Shown one piece after another: positions 23,762 through 36,360 of a stretch of DNA of 64,000 bases (its first letter is position 1; each line of letters starts with the position of its first letter). The notes beneath the pieces were generated by a model. That model was not told where the DNA came from, searched no databases, and saw only the letters and a program-made list of their open reading frames with translations. This stretch comes from Malacoraja senta (Eukaryota). The position numbers and the translations under genes are program-made. The stretch lies in assembly GCA_038087875.1 (NCBI GenBank), contig JAXLNO010000416.1, forward strand, positions 62,001 through 126,000, given 5' to 3'.

Positions 23762-24812
23762 GGGAGAGAGAGTGAAAGAGAGACCGACATAGAGCGAGAG
23801 ACAGAGAAACACAGAGACATAGAGAGAGAGAGACATAGAGGGACACAGAAACAGACAGAGAGAGACGGAGAGAGAGAGGGAGACAGAGAGACGGAGAGAG
23901 ACAGAGAGAGAGACAGACAGACAGACAGTGAGAGAGAGACAGGTAGAGAGAGAGAGGGAGAGACAGGGAGACAGAGAGAGAGAGAGAGCATTTTTGCTGT
24001 ATTTCCCACTGTTTTGTGGGAAACACTGCGGTGAGGTGAGCGAGTACATACTGGGGGAAATACAAGAGAGAGACAAATGTTGACTTTTTTCCTCTTTTCT
24101 TTTCTACAGATGTGAACAATGAAGGAGGATATAGGACCAGGCACCTGCTGCTGCTGATGCTGCTGTGGAAAACAAAGTATTTTGCTCTGAAACTGGAGCC
24201 AAGTTGTATTAAAGTGGGTGGGTCTTGCAATGAAATAAAAATACATTCATCAAATCAAACACTTGACTCTTATGATTATTATGATCATCACACATTGAGG
24301 CCTGAGGACTAGTAAAGGCCTGATGAGCCTTAGGGGCACATCCTGGGCTAGTACAGGGCCTGATTGGCCGAAGGGACACTTAAGCACATTTTTAGGGGGG
24401 TGTAATCTGAGTTTTGAGTACAGTCACCTTTGACTATTATGATCATCACACACTGAGGGTGGCTGGGGGCGGCTAGTGTGGGGACAGAGAACAGTGTGGG
24501 GGGGACAGAACAGTGGGGACAGAGTACATGCCTGATTGGCAGAAGGGACACCTCCTGGGCTAGCATAGATGGGCCGAATGAGGGAATGCTTTCTGCAATT
24601 TTTCCAGCCAGCCTTGTGGGGCCTAAAATAGATTCTCAGCCAGGCACGCAGCAAAATCCTTTTTTGTTTACCTTTTCCCTGTGCTGGCTGGCTGGCTTTG
24701 CTTGCTGGCTGGCAAGGTGCTTTTAAGCCTCCAATGCATCACACAGGCATGAGGGGATACTTGCTGCAATTTGACCAGCTTTGTGGGGCCTATAATGCAT
24801 TCTCAACCAGGC

Positions 24813-25272
<460 letters not shown>

Positions 25273-25367
25273 ACATCATAAGATTAATTACGTGCAAATT
25301 TACACATTCCTAACACTCCTCCCCCTTTAACTTAGAGGCAGGTAATACCATTTATAGTACATACACT

Positions 25368-26720
25368 GCAGGTGGTTTGCTTTGAAAATGCAAAAGGTGG
25401 TTTGCTTTGAAAATGCAAAAGGTGGTTTGCTTTGAAAATTCAAAAGGTGGTTTGCTTTAAAAATGCAAAAGGTGGTTGCTTTGAAAATGCAAAAACGTTT
25501 GCTTTGGAAATGCAAAAGGTTTGCTTTGAAAATGCAAATGGTGGTTTGCTTTGAAAATACAAAATGTTGTATGCTTTGAAAATGCAAAATGTGGTTTGCT
25601 TTGAAAATACAAAGGGTGGTTTGCTTTTGAAAATGCAAAATGTTTGCTTTGAAAATGCAAATATTTGCTTTGAAAATGCAAACATTAGCTTTGAAAATGC
25701 AAAGATTTGCTTTGAAAATGCAAAAGGTTTGCTTCGAAAATGCAAAAAGTATCCTGAAAATGCAAAAGGTGGTTCCGTTTGAAAATGAAAAGGGGGGTTC
25801 GGTGGTTCGGTTTGAAAATGCAAATGGTGGTTTGGTTTGAAAATGCAAATGGTGGTTTGGTTTGAAAATGCAAATGTTGGTTTGGTTTGAAAATGGAAAT
25901 GATGGTTTGGTTTGAAAATGCAAATGATGGTTTGGTTTGAAAAATGCAAATGCTGGTTTGGTTTGAAAATGCAAATGATGGATTGGTTCGAAAATGCTAA
26001 AGGTTTGGTTTGAAATTGCAAAAGGATTGGGTTGAAAATGCAAAAGTAGGTTTGCTTTGAAAATGCGAAAAATGTTTTGCTTTGAAAATAAAAAAGGTTT
26101 GCTTTGAAAATGCAAAAGGATGGATTTGAAAATGCAAAAGGTTTGCTTTGAAAATGCAAATGGTGGTTTGCTTTGAAAATGCAAAGGTGCTTTGCTTTGA
26201 AAATGCAAAGTTGGTTTGCTGTGAAAATGCAAAAGGTGGTTTGCTTCATGCAAAAGGTGGTTTGCTTTGCAAAATGCAAAATGTTTTTACTTTGAAAATA
26301 CAACATTTGGTTTGCTTTGAAAATACAAAAGGTGGTTTGCTTTGAAAATGCAAAAGTTGGTTTGCTTTGAAAATGCAAAAGGTGGTTTGCTTTGAAAATG
26401 CAAATGGTGGTTTGCTTTGAAAATGCTAAAGGTGGTTTGCTTTGAAAGTGCAAAAGTTGGTTTGCTTTGAAAATACAAAAGGTGGTTTGCTTTGAAAATG
26501 CAAAAGTTGGTTTGCTTTGAAAATGCAAAAGGTGGTTTGCTTTGAAAATGCAAATGGTGGTTTGCTTTGAAAATGCTAAAGGTGGTTTGCTTTGAAAGTG
26601 CAAAAGGTGGTTTGCTTTGAAAATGCAAAGGCATGTGCGGTTGCTTTGAAAATGCAAAGGCAAGTGCGGTTGTTTTGAAAATGCAAAGGCAAGTGTGGTT
26701 GCTTTGAAAATGCGAAGGCA
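25368..26720. repeat. ~25-bp satellite GGTGGTTTGCTTTGAAAATGCAAAA (roughly 55 units)
   Basis: Seen directly; the long minus-strand ORFs here come from the repeat. Confidence 0.97.
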
Positions 26721-27149
26721 ATTGATTAAAAGTCGAATCTTGACCACTTCCTGTTTGCACTCTATATTGATTTTAGAAAAATCAGTACCATTTACGGCTG
26801 GGATTTTGGCCGTCTTACTCAGAGTCCCCTCCAGCTGTCAGGGCCAGAGGATTTTTTCCCATCGCTGAAAAATAAAAGACTTATTAATGTTTAAATAATG
26901 TTGAGATTCTCTCTCCTGTCAATCACACCATGAAGGCCACGCCCCATCCGTTGGGAGGGGGAGGGACTATAAACCCGGAAGTGTGGACGTTCCGCAGTCG
27001 CTAGTAGATTGCGAGGGAGAGGTTACGACTCTCAGTCTGAGCTGTGAATAAACTGAACACTGAACACATGTCTACTAAACTGTGAGTGTGGTTTGATGTG
27101 CTTTTATGTGGTTTATTTGGAACTGTGTTTGGAAGGAATAAATGTTTTA

Positions 27150-27276
27150 CGTGCCTTTTGACTGTGCCGCTAATTGAAAAGTGTGCCTTTTGATTGTGCC
27201 ACTAATTGAAAAGTGTGCCTTTTGACTGTGCCGCTAATTGAACGTGTGCCTTTTGACTGTGCCGCTAAACTGTGCC
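27150..27276. repeat. ~32-bp tandem repeat (GTGCCTTTTGACTGTGCCGCTAATTGAAAAGT), 4 copies
   Basis: Seen directly. Confidence 0.9.
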
Positions 27277-27954
27277 TATATTTTAATTTGTGTTTTGCTT
27301 TTTAAATGTAGCTTGAATTTTAAATGTGGCTTGCTGTGCAACCGTTTTTGGAAGGAAAACCCGTGCATAAACGTTTTATTAGATCAGGACTGCGTTTAAT
27401 GCAAAATTGCCGCTCATTCCGTGACTTCCGCTTAGTGGAGAGATGGTGCTGATTGCGTCATTTCCGGTGAGTTCAGAGGTGGCTCTCAGTGCGGAAGGGC
27501 CAAAGTGGAGACGCCGCCCTGAACCATTTGAGTAATTCACAAGAGCTCACTGCCATACATATGGTGAGTGTGTGTGTTTGTTGAAAGTTATTTAAAGCAC
27601 GTTTTTGCATTAGCAGCAGCTCGAGAGGAGTGTTTTAGATTAACAAAGGCTTTAAACATTTGAATCATTTGGTTTAGACACATCTGTGTTCTTATTTTCA
27701 ACTTACTTACATAGAATATATGGTTAGTAACAGGATTCAGTATGCTTACCACGTTCTGAAGTTAGTTGGCAGTTTAGTATTGGTGCTGTGTGTGAGTGTG
27801 TGTCTGTGTGTGTGTGTTTGTTTGTGTGTGTGTGTGAGAGTGTGTCTATTTGTTTGTGTGTATGTGTGCGTGTCTTTCTGTATGTGTGTATGTGTGTGTG
27901 CATTTGTGTGTGTGTGTGTCTATTTGTTTGTGTGTATGTGTGTGTTGTGTGTGT

Positions 27955-27988
<34 letters not shown>

Positions 27989-28188
27989 NNNNNNNNNNNN
28001 NNNNNNNNNNNNNNNNNNNNNNNNNNNNNNNNNNNNNNNNNNNNNNNNNNNNNNNNNNNNNNNNNNNNNNNNNNNNNNNNNNNNNNNNNNNNNNNNNNNN
28101 NNNNNNNNNNNNNNNNNNNNNNNNNNNNNNNNNNNNNNNNNNNNNNNNNNNNNNNNNNNNNNNNNNNNNNNNNNNNNNNNNNNNNNNN
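27989..28188. other. Assembly gap of 200 N
   Basis: N run, preceded by a (GT)n tract at ~27785-27988. Confidence 1.
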
Positions 28189-29200
28189 CATAGCATCCTC
28201 CTCACAGTTCACACTGCCACCCAGCTTTGTGTCTTCTGCAAATTTGCTAATGTTAATTTGAATCCCTTCATCCAAAGCATTGATGTATATTGTAATTAGC
28301 TGCGGTCCCAGCACCGAGCCTTGCGCAACCTCACTGGTCACTGCCTGACATTCTGAAAGGACCCGTTAATCCCTACTCTTTGTTTCCTGTCTGCCAACCA
28401 CTTCTCTATCCATGTCAGCACTATACCCCCAATACCATGTGCCATAATTTTGCCCACTAATCTCCTATGTGGGACCTTATCAAATGCTTTCTGAAAGTCC
28501 AGGTACACTACATCCACTGGCTCTCCCTTGTCCATTTTCCTTGTAACATCTTCAAAAAATTCCAGAAGATTAGTCAAGCATGATTTCCCCTTCGTAAATC
28601 CATGCTGACTCGGAGCGATCCTCTTACTGCTATCCAAATGTTCGGCTATCTCATCTTTAGTAATTGACTCCAGCATCTTCCCCACCACTGATGTCAGGCT
28701 AACTGGTCTATAATTCCCCGTTTTCACTCTCACGCCTTTCTTAGAAAATGGGATAACATTAGCTACCCTCAAATCCACAGGAACTGATCCTAAGTCTATA
28801 GAACATTGGAAAATTATCACCAATGCATCCACGATTTCTAGAGCCACTTCCTTAAGTACCCTGGGATGCAGAGCATCAGGCCCTGGGGAATTATCAGCCT
28901 TCAGTCCCATCAGTCTATCCAACACCATTTCCTGCCTAATGTGGATTTTCTTCATTTCCTCCATCACCCCAGATCCTCTGGCCACTACTATATCAGGAAG
29001 ATTGTTTGTGTCCTCCTTAGTGAAGACAGATCCAAAGTACCTGTTCAACTCATCTGCCATTTCCTTGTTCCCTATAATAAATTCACCTTTATAGGGAATT
29101 ATAGGGGGAGAGGAGGGGGAGAGGGGGAGGGGGAGAGAGAGAGGGGGTGAGAGAGAGAGAAAGAGAGAAAGAGAGAAGAGAGAAAGAGAGAAAGAGAGAA

Positions 29201-29265
<65 letters not shown>

Positions 29266-32200
29266 ATATATATACTGTCATCTATATTACTAAAACTAAG
29301 ATCTTGATCACTTTCTGACTTTCTGTTCGTGATTTCCGAAACCACTTACGGCCGTCATTTTGTGGCCACCTCACTCCGGGCGCTCCGGATTCCTACCACA
29401 CTCGAAAGTGTGCGGGGATCGCTGGTCGGCACAGACTCGGTGGCCGAAGGGCCTGTTTCCATGCTGTATCTCCAAACTAAACTAGACTAAACTGGTTGAA
29501 GAACATATTACAAACATCGAGTTGTCCACAAAGTGTAAAAGATGTTTTCATTTTATTTGGAAAGGACACTAAAGAAAACAGAGAAAGAGTTGAGTATTGG
29601 AGCAAAGAGGTCCTTCTGCAGCTGTACAGGGCCCTGGTGAGACCACACCTGCAGTATTGTGTGCCCGCACACCACGCACGCCCTCCACGCGCGCACGCAC
29701 GAACGCCACCACTCTGACGTTAACTAACGATTGAATTTAATAGGTGGTGGACACAAATGCTGGAGAAACTCAGCGGGTGAGGCAGCATCTATGGAGCGAA
29801 GGAAATAGGCAATGTTTCGGGCCGAGACCCTTCTTCAGATGCTGAGGTCAAACTTGCAAATCTGCTCCGAAAGTGAAAACTGCAATTCCTTTAAAATTCA
29901 TCCCTCTCTCCCCTCTCCTCTCCTCTCTATCTTTCCCTCTCCCTCTCCTCTCTCCCCCCTCTCTTTCTTCTCTCCTCTCCTCTACCTTTCCCCTCTCCCT
30001 CTCTCCTCTCTCTCTCTGTCTCTCTCTCCCCCTCTCCTCTCCTCTATCTTTCCCTCTCCCTCTCTCTTTCTCTCTGTCTCTCTCTCTCCCCTCTCCTCTA
30101 CCTTTCCCTCTCGCTCTCTGCCTCCATCTCATTTCATCCCGCCCACCTTCCCCCTCTTTCACTCAATTCTTAATTTTTCACTCAATTGTTCATTTCTCCC
30201 CTCTCTCTCTCTTTCCCTCCCTCCCCCACCTCCCATCCTCCCTCGCGCAGCCCACACTCCTCCATCTCTCTCCCTCCATCTTTCTCTTTCCCTCTCCTCT
30301 ATCTACCTCCCCCCTCTTTCTCTCCGTCTCTCTCCTCTCCTCCCCTCCCTCTTTCCCCTCCACTCTCCTCCCCTCCCCTGCCCTCTATCCTCTCCCTCTC
30401 TCTCCTCCACCTTTGCCTCTCCCTCTCTCCTTTCTCTCTTTCCCTCTCTCTGTCTCTCTCTCCCTCTCCTCCTCTATTTTCCCCTCCCTCTCTCCTTTCT
30501 CTCTCTCCCTCTCTCTGTCTCTCTCCCTCTCCTCTCCTCTATTTTCCCTCTCCCTCTCTCATTTATCTCTCTCCCTCTCTCTGTCTCTCTCAAAGTCAAA
30601 TGTGGGTCCCTTGAAGGCAGACACGGGTGAAATTATTATGGGCAACAAGGGAATGGCAGAAGAGTTGAATAGGAACTTTGTCTCTGTCTTCACTGAGGAA
30701 GACACAAACAATCTCCCAGATGTACTGGAGGACAGAGGTTCTAAGGGGGTAGAGGAACTGAAAGAAATGTTCATTAGGCGAGAAATAGTATTGGGTAGGC
30801 CAATGGGACTGAAGGATGATAAATCCCCTGGGCCTGATGGTCTGCATCCCAGGGTCCTCAGGAGGTGGCTCGAGAAATAGTGGAGGCAATGGTGATTATT
30901 TTCCAATGTTCAATAGATTCAGGATCAGTCCCTGTGGATTGGAGGATAGCTAATGTTATCCCACTTTCAGGAAGGGGCGAGAGAGAAAACGGGGAATTAC
31001 AAACCAGTTAGCCTGACTTCGGTGGTGGGAAAGATGCTGGAGTCAATTATTAAAGAGGTAATAATGGGGCATTTGGATAGCAGTAAAAGGATTAGTCCAA
31101 GTCAACATGGATTTATGAAAGGGAAATCATGCTTGACTAAACTTCTGGAATTTTTTGAGGATGTGAGAAGTAATTGAATGAAGGGGTGCCAGTGGATGTA
31201 GTGTATCTAGACTTTCAGAAAACCTTTGATAAGGTCCCGCACGGTAGACTGGTGACTAAAATTAGAGGACATGGTATTGGTGGTAGGGTGTTGACATGGA
31301 TAGAAAATTGGTTGGCAGACCGGAAGCAAGAGCAGGAGTGAACGGGTCCGTTTCAGAATGGCAGGCAGTGGCGAGTGGAGTGCCGCAAGGCTCAGTGTTG
31401 GGGCCGCAACGGTTTACCATATATATTAATGATTTGTAAGAGGGAATTAGGAGCAACACTAGCAAGTTTGCAGATGACACAAAGCTGGATGGCAGTGTGA
31501 ACTGTGAAGAGGATGATAGGAGGTTTCAGTGTGACCTGGACAGGTTGAGTGAGTGGGCAGATGCCTGGCAGATGCAGTATAATATAGATAAATGCGAGGT
31601 TATCCACTTTGGTGGCAAAAACAAGGGGGCAGATTATCATCTCAACAGGGTTAGGTTAGGGAAGGGGGAGGTTCAACGAGACCTGGGTGTCCTTGTACAT
31701 CGGTCACTGAAAGTTGGCGTGCAGGTACAGCAGGCAGTGAAGAAAGCTATTGGAATGTTGGCCTTCATAACAAGAGGATTTCAGTATAGGAGTAGAGAGG
31801 TTCTTCTGCAGTTGTATAGGGCTCTGGTGAGACCACATCTGGAGTATTGTGTACAGTTTTGGTCTCTAATTTGAGGATGAACATCCTTGTGATTGAGGCA
31901 GTGCAGCGTAGGTCACGAGATTGATCCCTGGGATGGCGGGACTGTCATATGAGGAAAGATTGAAAAGACTAGGCTTGTATTCACTGGAGTTTAGAAGGAT
32001 GAGGGGGAGATTTTATAGAAACATATAAAATTATAAAAGGACTGGAGAAACTAGAACAGGAAAAATGTTCCCAATGTTGGGCGAGTCCAGAACCAAGGGC
32101 CACAGTCTTAGAATAAAGGGGAGATCATTTAAAACCGAGGTGATAAAAACCTTTCACCCAGAGAGTTGTGAATTTATGGAATTCGCTGCCACAGAGGGCA

Positions 32201-33559
32201 GTGGAGGCCAAATCACTGGATGGATTTAAGAGAGAGTTAGATAGAGCTCTAGGGGCTAGTGGAGTCAAGGATATGGGGAGAAGGCAGGCACGGGTTATTG
32301 ATAGGGACGATCAGCCATGATCACAATTAATGGCGGTGCTGGCTCGAAGGGACGAATGGCTTCCCCCTGCACCTATTTTCTATGTTTCTCTCCTCTCCTC
32401 TCCTCTATTTTCCCTCTTCCTCTCTCGTTTGTCTCTCTCTTTATCTCAGTCTCAATCTCCCTCTTCCCTCCTCTATATTTCCCTCTCCCTCTCTCAGTCT
32501 CTACCTCCCTCTATTTTCCCATCGCCCTCTCCTTTCTCTCTCTCCCTCTCACCGTCCCTCACTACCTCTCCTCTCCTACATTTTTCCTCTCCCTCTCTCC
32601 TTTGTCTCTCACGCTCTATCTCTCTCCACCTCTCCTCTCCCCCCTCCTCTCCTCTCCCTTATATCTCTCCCTCCACCTCCCTTCCCTCTCTTCCACCTTC
32701 CCCTCTCTTTCACTAAATTCTTAATATTTCACTAAATTCTTCATTTCTCTCTCAATTTTCTTTCCCTCCCTCCCTCCCTCCCTCCCCCAGCCCATACTCC
32801 CCCATCTCACCCTCTCTCTCCTTCTCCCTCTCTCTCCTGTCTGCAACGCGGACCAGAGAGAGACAAGGGGGCGGGTTCCTTCTCCCTCCGTCTGACTGAC
32901 GTCTCTCTCCTCCAATCACCCGCCGCTTCCGGCCATCTGCAAGTCCCGCCCCACCGCCCGGCTGAGCGACGTCTCTCTCCGCCAATGGGACGTCCGATCA
33001 GTCAGAGGGCCGGATGTCCCGCCCCCGCCGTCCCCTCTATGACGTCACGGTTGCATTTCACATCTGAGTGGCTTTGCATGATTATTGCATTGAATTTAAT
33101 GCATTTCACTTCCCGGGGGTTTGCAATATCACCAATGGAACGCATTTGCTGCATTTAACATTGCAGGAGGGTTCAAAGTTATTCCAACGCGATGCATTTG
33201 TTGAATTTAACATTTCTGTGGGGTTCTGCAAGATTAGTGCAAAGCCAATTAATGCATTGAACTTCCAAGCGGGGGTTGGGGGGGTTACAATATTACTTGA
33301 ATGCATCGCATTTGCGGCATTCAACTTAGCGGGAGGGTACAAAGTTATTCCAATGCGATGCATTTGTTGCATTTAACATCTGAGCTGTTTCACACAATCT
33401 GAACCCAATGGAACGTGCCTTTTATACGCTGAAGCGAAAAGTGAAGGGGACTAGCCCCCAAAACAAGCATCAGCTTAAAGATGGCTGCAATGCAGGCCTG
33501 GCAGAGCATCACCAGAGAAGACACCCAGCAACTGGTGATGTCCATGAATCACACACTTC

Positions 33560-34685
33560 AATAGACAATAGGTGCAGGAGTAGGCCATTCGGCCCTTCCA
33601 GCCAGCATCGCCATTCAATGTGATCATGGCTGTTCATCCCCAATCAGTAGCCCGTTCCTGCCTTCTCCCCATATCCCCTGACTTCGCTATTTTTAAGAGC
33701 CTTATCAAGCTCTCTCTTGAAAGCATCCAGAGAACCTGCCTCCACCTGAGGCAGATAATTCCACAGACTCACACCTCTCTGGGTGAAAAAGTGTTTCCTC
33801 GTCTCCGTTCTAAATGGCTTACCCCTTATTCTTAAACTGTGGCCCCTGGATCTGGACTCCCCCAACATCAGGAACATGTTTCCTGCCTCTAGCATGTCTG
33901 GGATCAGGGGGCCCTTGTTCATCAGTCAATGAAAGTAAGCATGCAGGTACAGCAGGCAATGAAGAAAGCGAATGGCATGTTGGCCTTCATAACAAGAGGA
34001 GTTGAGTATTGGAGCAAAGAGGTCCTTCTGCAGTTGTACAGGGCCCTGGTGAGACCACACCTTGAGTTATGTGTGCAGTTTTGGTCTCCAAACTTGAGGA
34101 AGGACATTCTTGCTATTGAGGGAGCCCAGCGTAGGTTCACCAAGTTAATTCCCGTCATAGCAGGACTGTCATATGCTGAGAGAATGGATGGGCTGGGCTT
34201 GTACACTCTGGAGTTTAGAAGGATGAGAGGGAATCTTATTGAAACATATAAGATTGTTAAGGATTTGGACACGCTAGAGGCAGGAAACATGTTCCCGATG
34301 TTGGGGGAGTTCAGAACCAGAGGTCACAGTTTAAGAATAAGCGGTAAGCCATTTAGAACGGAGATGAGGAGAAACTTTTCCACCCAGAGAGTTGTGAATC
34401 TGTGGCCATTTAGGACTGAGATGAGGAAAAACTTTTCCACCCAGAGAGTTGTGAATCTGTGGCCATTTCGGACTGAGATGAGGAGAAACCTTTTCACACA
34501 GAGAGCTGTGAGTGTGGAATTATCTGCCTCAGAGGGCAGTGGAGGCCGGTTCTCTGGATGCTTTCAAGAGAGAGCTCGATAGGACTCTTAAAGATAGTCA
34601 GGGGATATGTGGAGAAGGCAGGAACGGGGTAGTGATTGGGGATGATTAGCCATGATGACAATATATGGCGGTGCTGGCTCGAAGA
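33560..34685. mobile_element. Back-to-back CR1 3' fragments (mirror of 11975-13040)
   Basis: ORFs 33644..33922 (-) and 33929..34582 (+). Confidence 0.85.
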
Positions 34686-34709
34686 AACCAAAAGGTATAA
34701 AAATGGCAG

Positions 34710-36360
34710 GTAGACAAAATGCTGGTGAAACTCAGCGGGTGAGGCAGCATCTATGGAGGGAAGGAAATAAGCAACGTTTCGGCTTGAAACCCTTCTTCAG
34801 ACTAAAGTGAGGGTGGGGGAGAGGGCGGGAAGAAGAAAGGAAGAGGAAAAGCCAGTGGGCTGAGGGAGAGCTGAGAATGAGAGGAGAACGTAGGGAGTAC
34901 CTGAAATTAGAGAAGTCAATGTTCATACCGCTGGGGTGCAAACTGCCCAAGCAAAATATGAGGTGCTGCTCCTCCAATTTGCGGTGGTCCTCACTCTGGC
35001 CATGGAGGAGGCCCAGGACAGAAAGGTCGGATACGTAATGGGGGGGGGGGGAGTTGACGTTGTGAGCCACCGGGAGATCAGGTTGGTTAATGCGGATCGA
35101 GCGGAGGTGTTGGGCAAAGCGATCGCCAAGCCTACGCTTGGTCTCACCGATGTAGATCAGCTGACATCTAGAGCAGCGGATGCGATAGATGAGGTTGGAG
35201 GAGGTGCAGGTGAACCTCTGTCGCTCCTGGAACGACTGCTTGGGTCCTTGAATGGAGTCGAGGGGGGAGGTAAAGCGACAAGTGTAGCATTTCTTGTGGT
35301 TGTAAGGGAAAGTGCCCGGAGAAGGGGTGGTTTGGGTGGGATGGGAAGAATTGACCAGGGAGTTACGGAGGGATCGGTCTCTGCGGAAAGCCAACAGGCG
35401 AGGTGATATGAAGATGGTGGGGTCACGTTGGAGGTAGCGAAAATGACGGAGGACTATTTGTTTTATGTGACGGCTAGTGAGGTGAAAGGTGAGGACTAGG
35501 GGTGCTCTGCCCTTGTTACAAGTGGGGGGATGGGGAGAGAGAGCCGTGTTACGGGGTATTGAAGAGACCCTGGTGAGAGCCCCATCTATAGTAGGGGAGG
35601 GGAACCCCCGTTCCCTGAAGAATTAGGACATTTCCGATGCCCTGTTGTGGAACACCTCATCCTGGGAGCAGATGCGGCATAGACGGAGGAATTGGGAGTA
35701 GGGGATGGAGTCCTTAGAAGAAGCAGGGTGGGAAGAAGTTTAGTCCAGAAAGCCATGGGAGTCAGTAGGTTTGTAGTGGATGTCGGTCAGAAGTCTATCA
35801 CCTGCGATGGAGATAGTGAGGTCAAGGAATGGTAGGGAAGTGTCGGAAATGGTCCAGGTGTATTTGAGTGCCGGATGGAAGTTAGGGGTGAAGCGGTTGA
35901 AGTCAGTGTGTTGTGTGTGGGTGCAGGAGGTCGCACCAATGCAATCGTCGATGTAGCGGAGGTAGAGGTCGGGGATGGGGCCCTGGTACGCCTCGTACAA
36001 GGATTGTTCGACGTAACCTACAAAGAGGCAGGCATAGCTGGGGCCCATGTACGTGCCCATAGCTATGCCTTGTATTTGGAGGAAATGGGAGGAGTCAAGC
36101 AAAAAGTTATTACGGGTAAGGACCAGCTCCGCTAGGCGGAGGAGAGTATCTGTAGACGGGGATTGGTTGGTTCTGCGGTCGAGGAAGAACCAGAGGGCTT
36201 TGAGACCCTCCTGGTGGGGGATGGAGGTGTAGAGTGACTGGACATCCATGGTGAAGATGAGGGGATGGGGGCCTAGAGAATGGAATGCCCGGAGACGACG
36301 TGTCTGAGGTGTCTTGGGTGGGATTTAACCAGGCGGGATAGGATGGAGTCAAGGTATGTC
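34710..36360 (-). mobile_element. Penelope-like element (mirror of 10300-11950)
   Basis: RT ORF 35740..36249 and GIY-YIG ORF 34732..35394. Confidence 0.9.

Noticed and set aside
24315..24350. CTGATGAG resembling a hammerhead core
   Set aside because: No GAAA after the putative helix II.
25327..26760. 308-435 aa ORFs and a CRISPR-like periodic appearance
   Set aside because: Head-to-tail satellite with no unique spacers, eukaryotic context, no cas genes.
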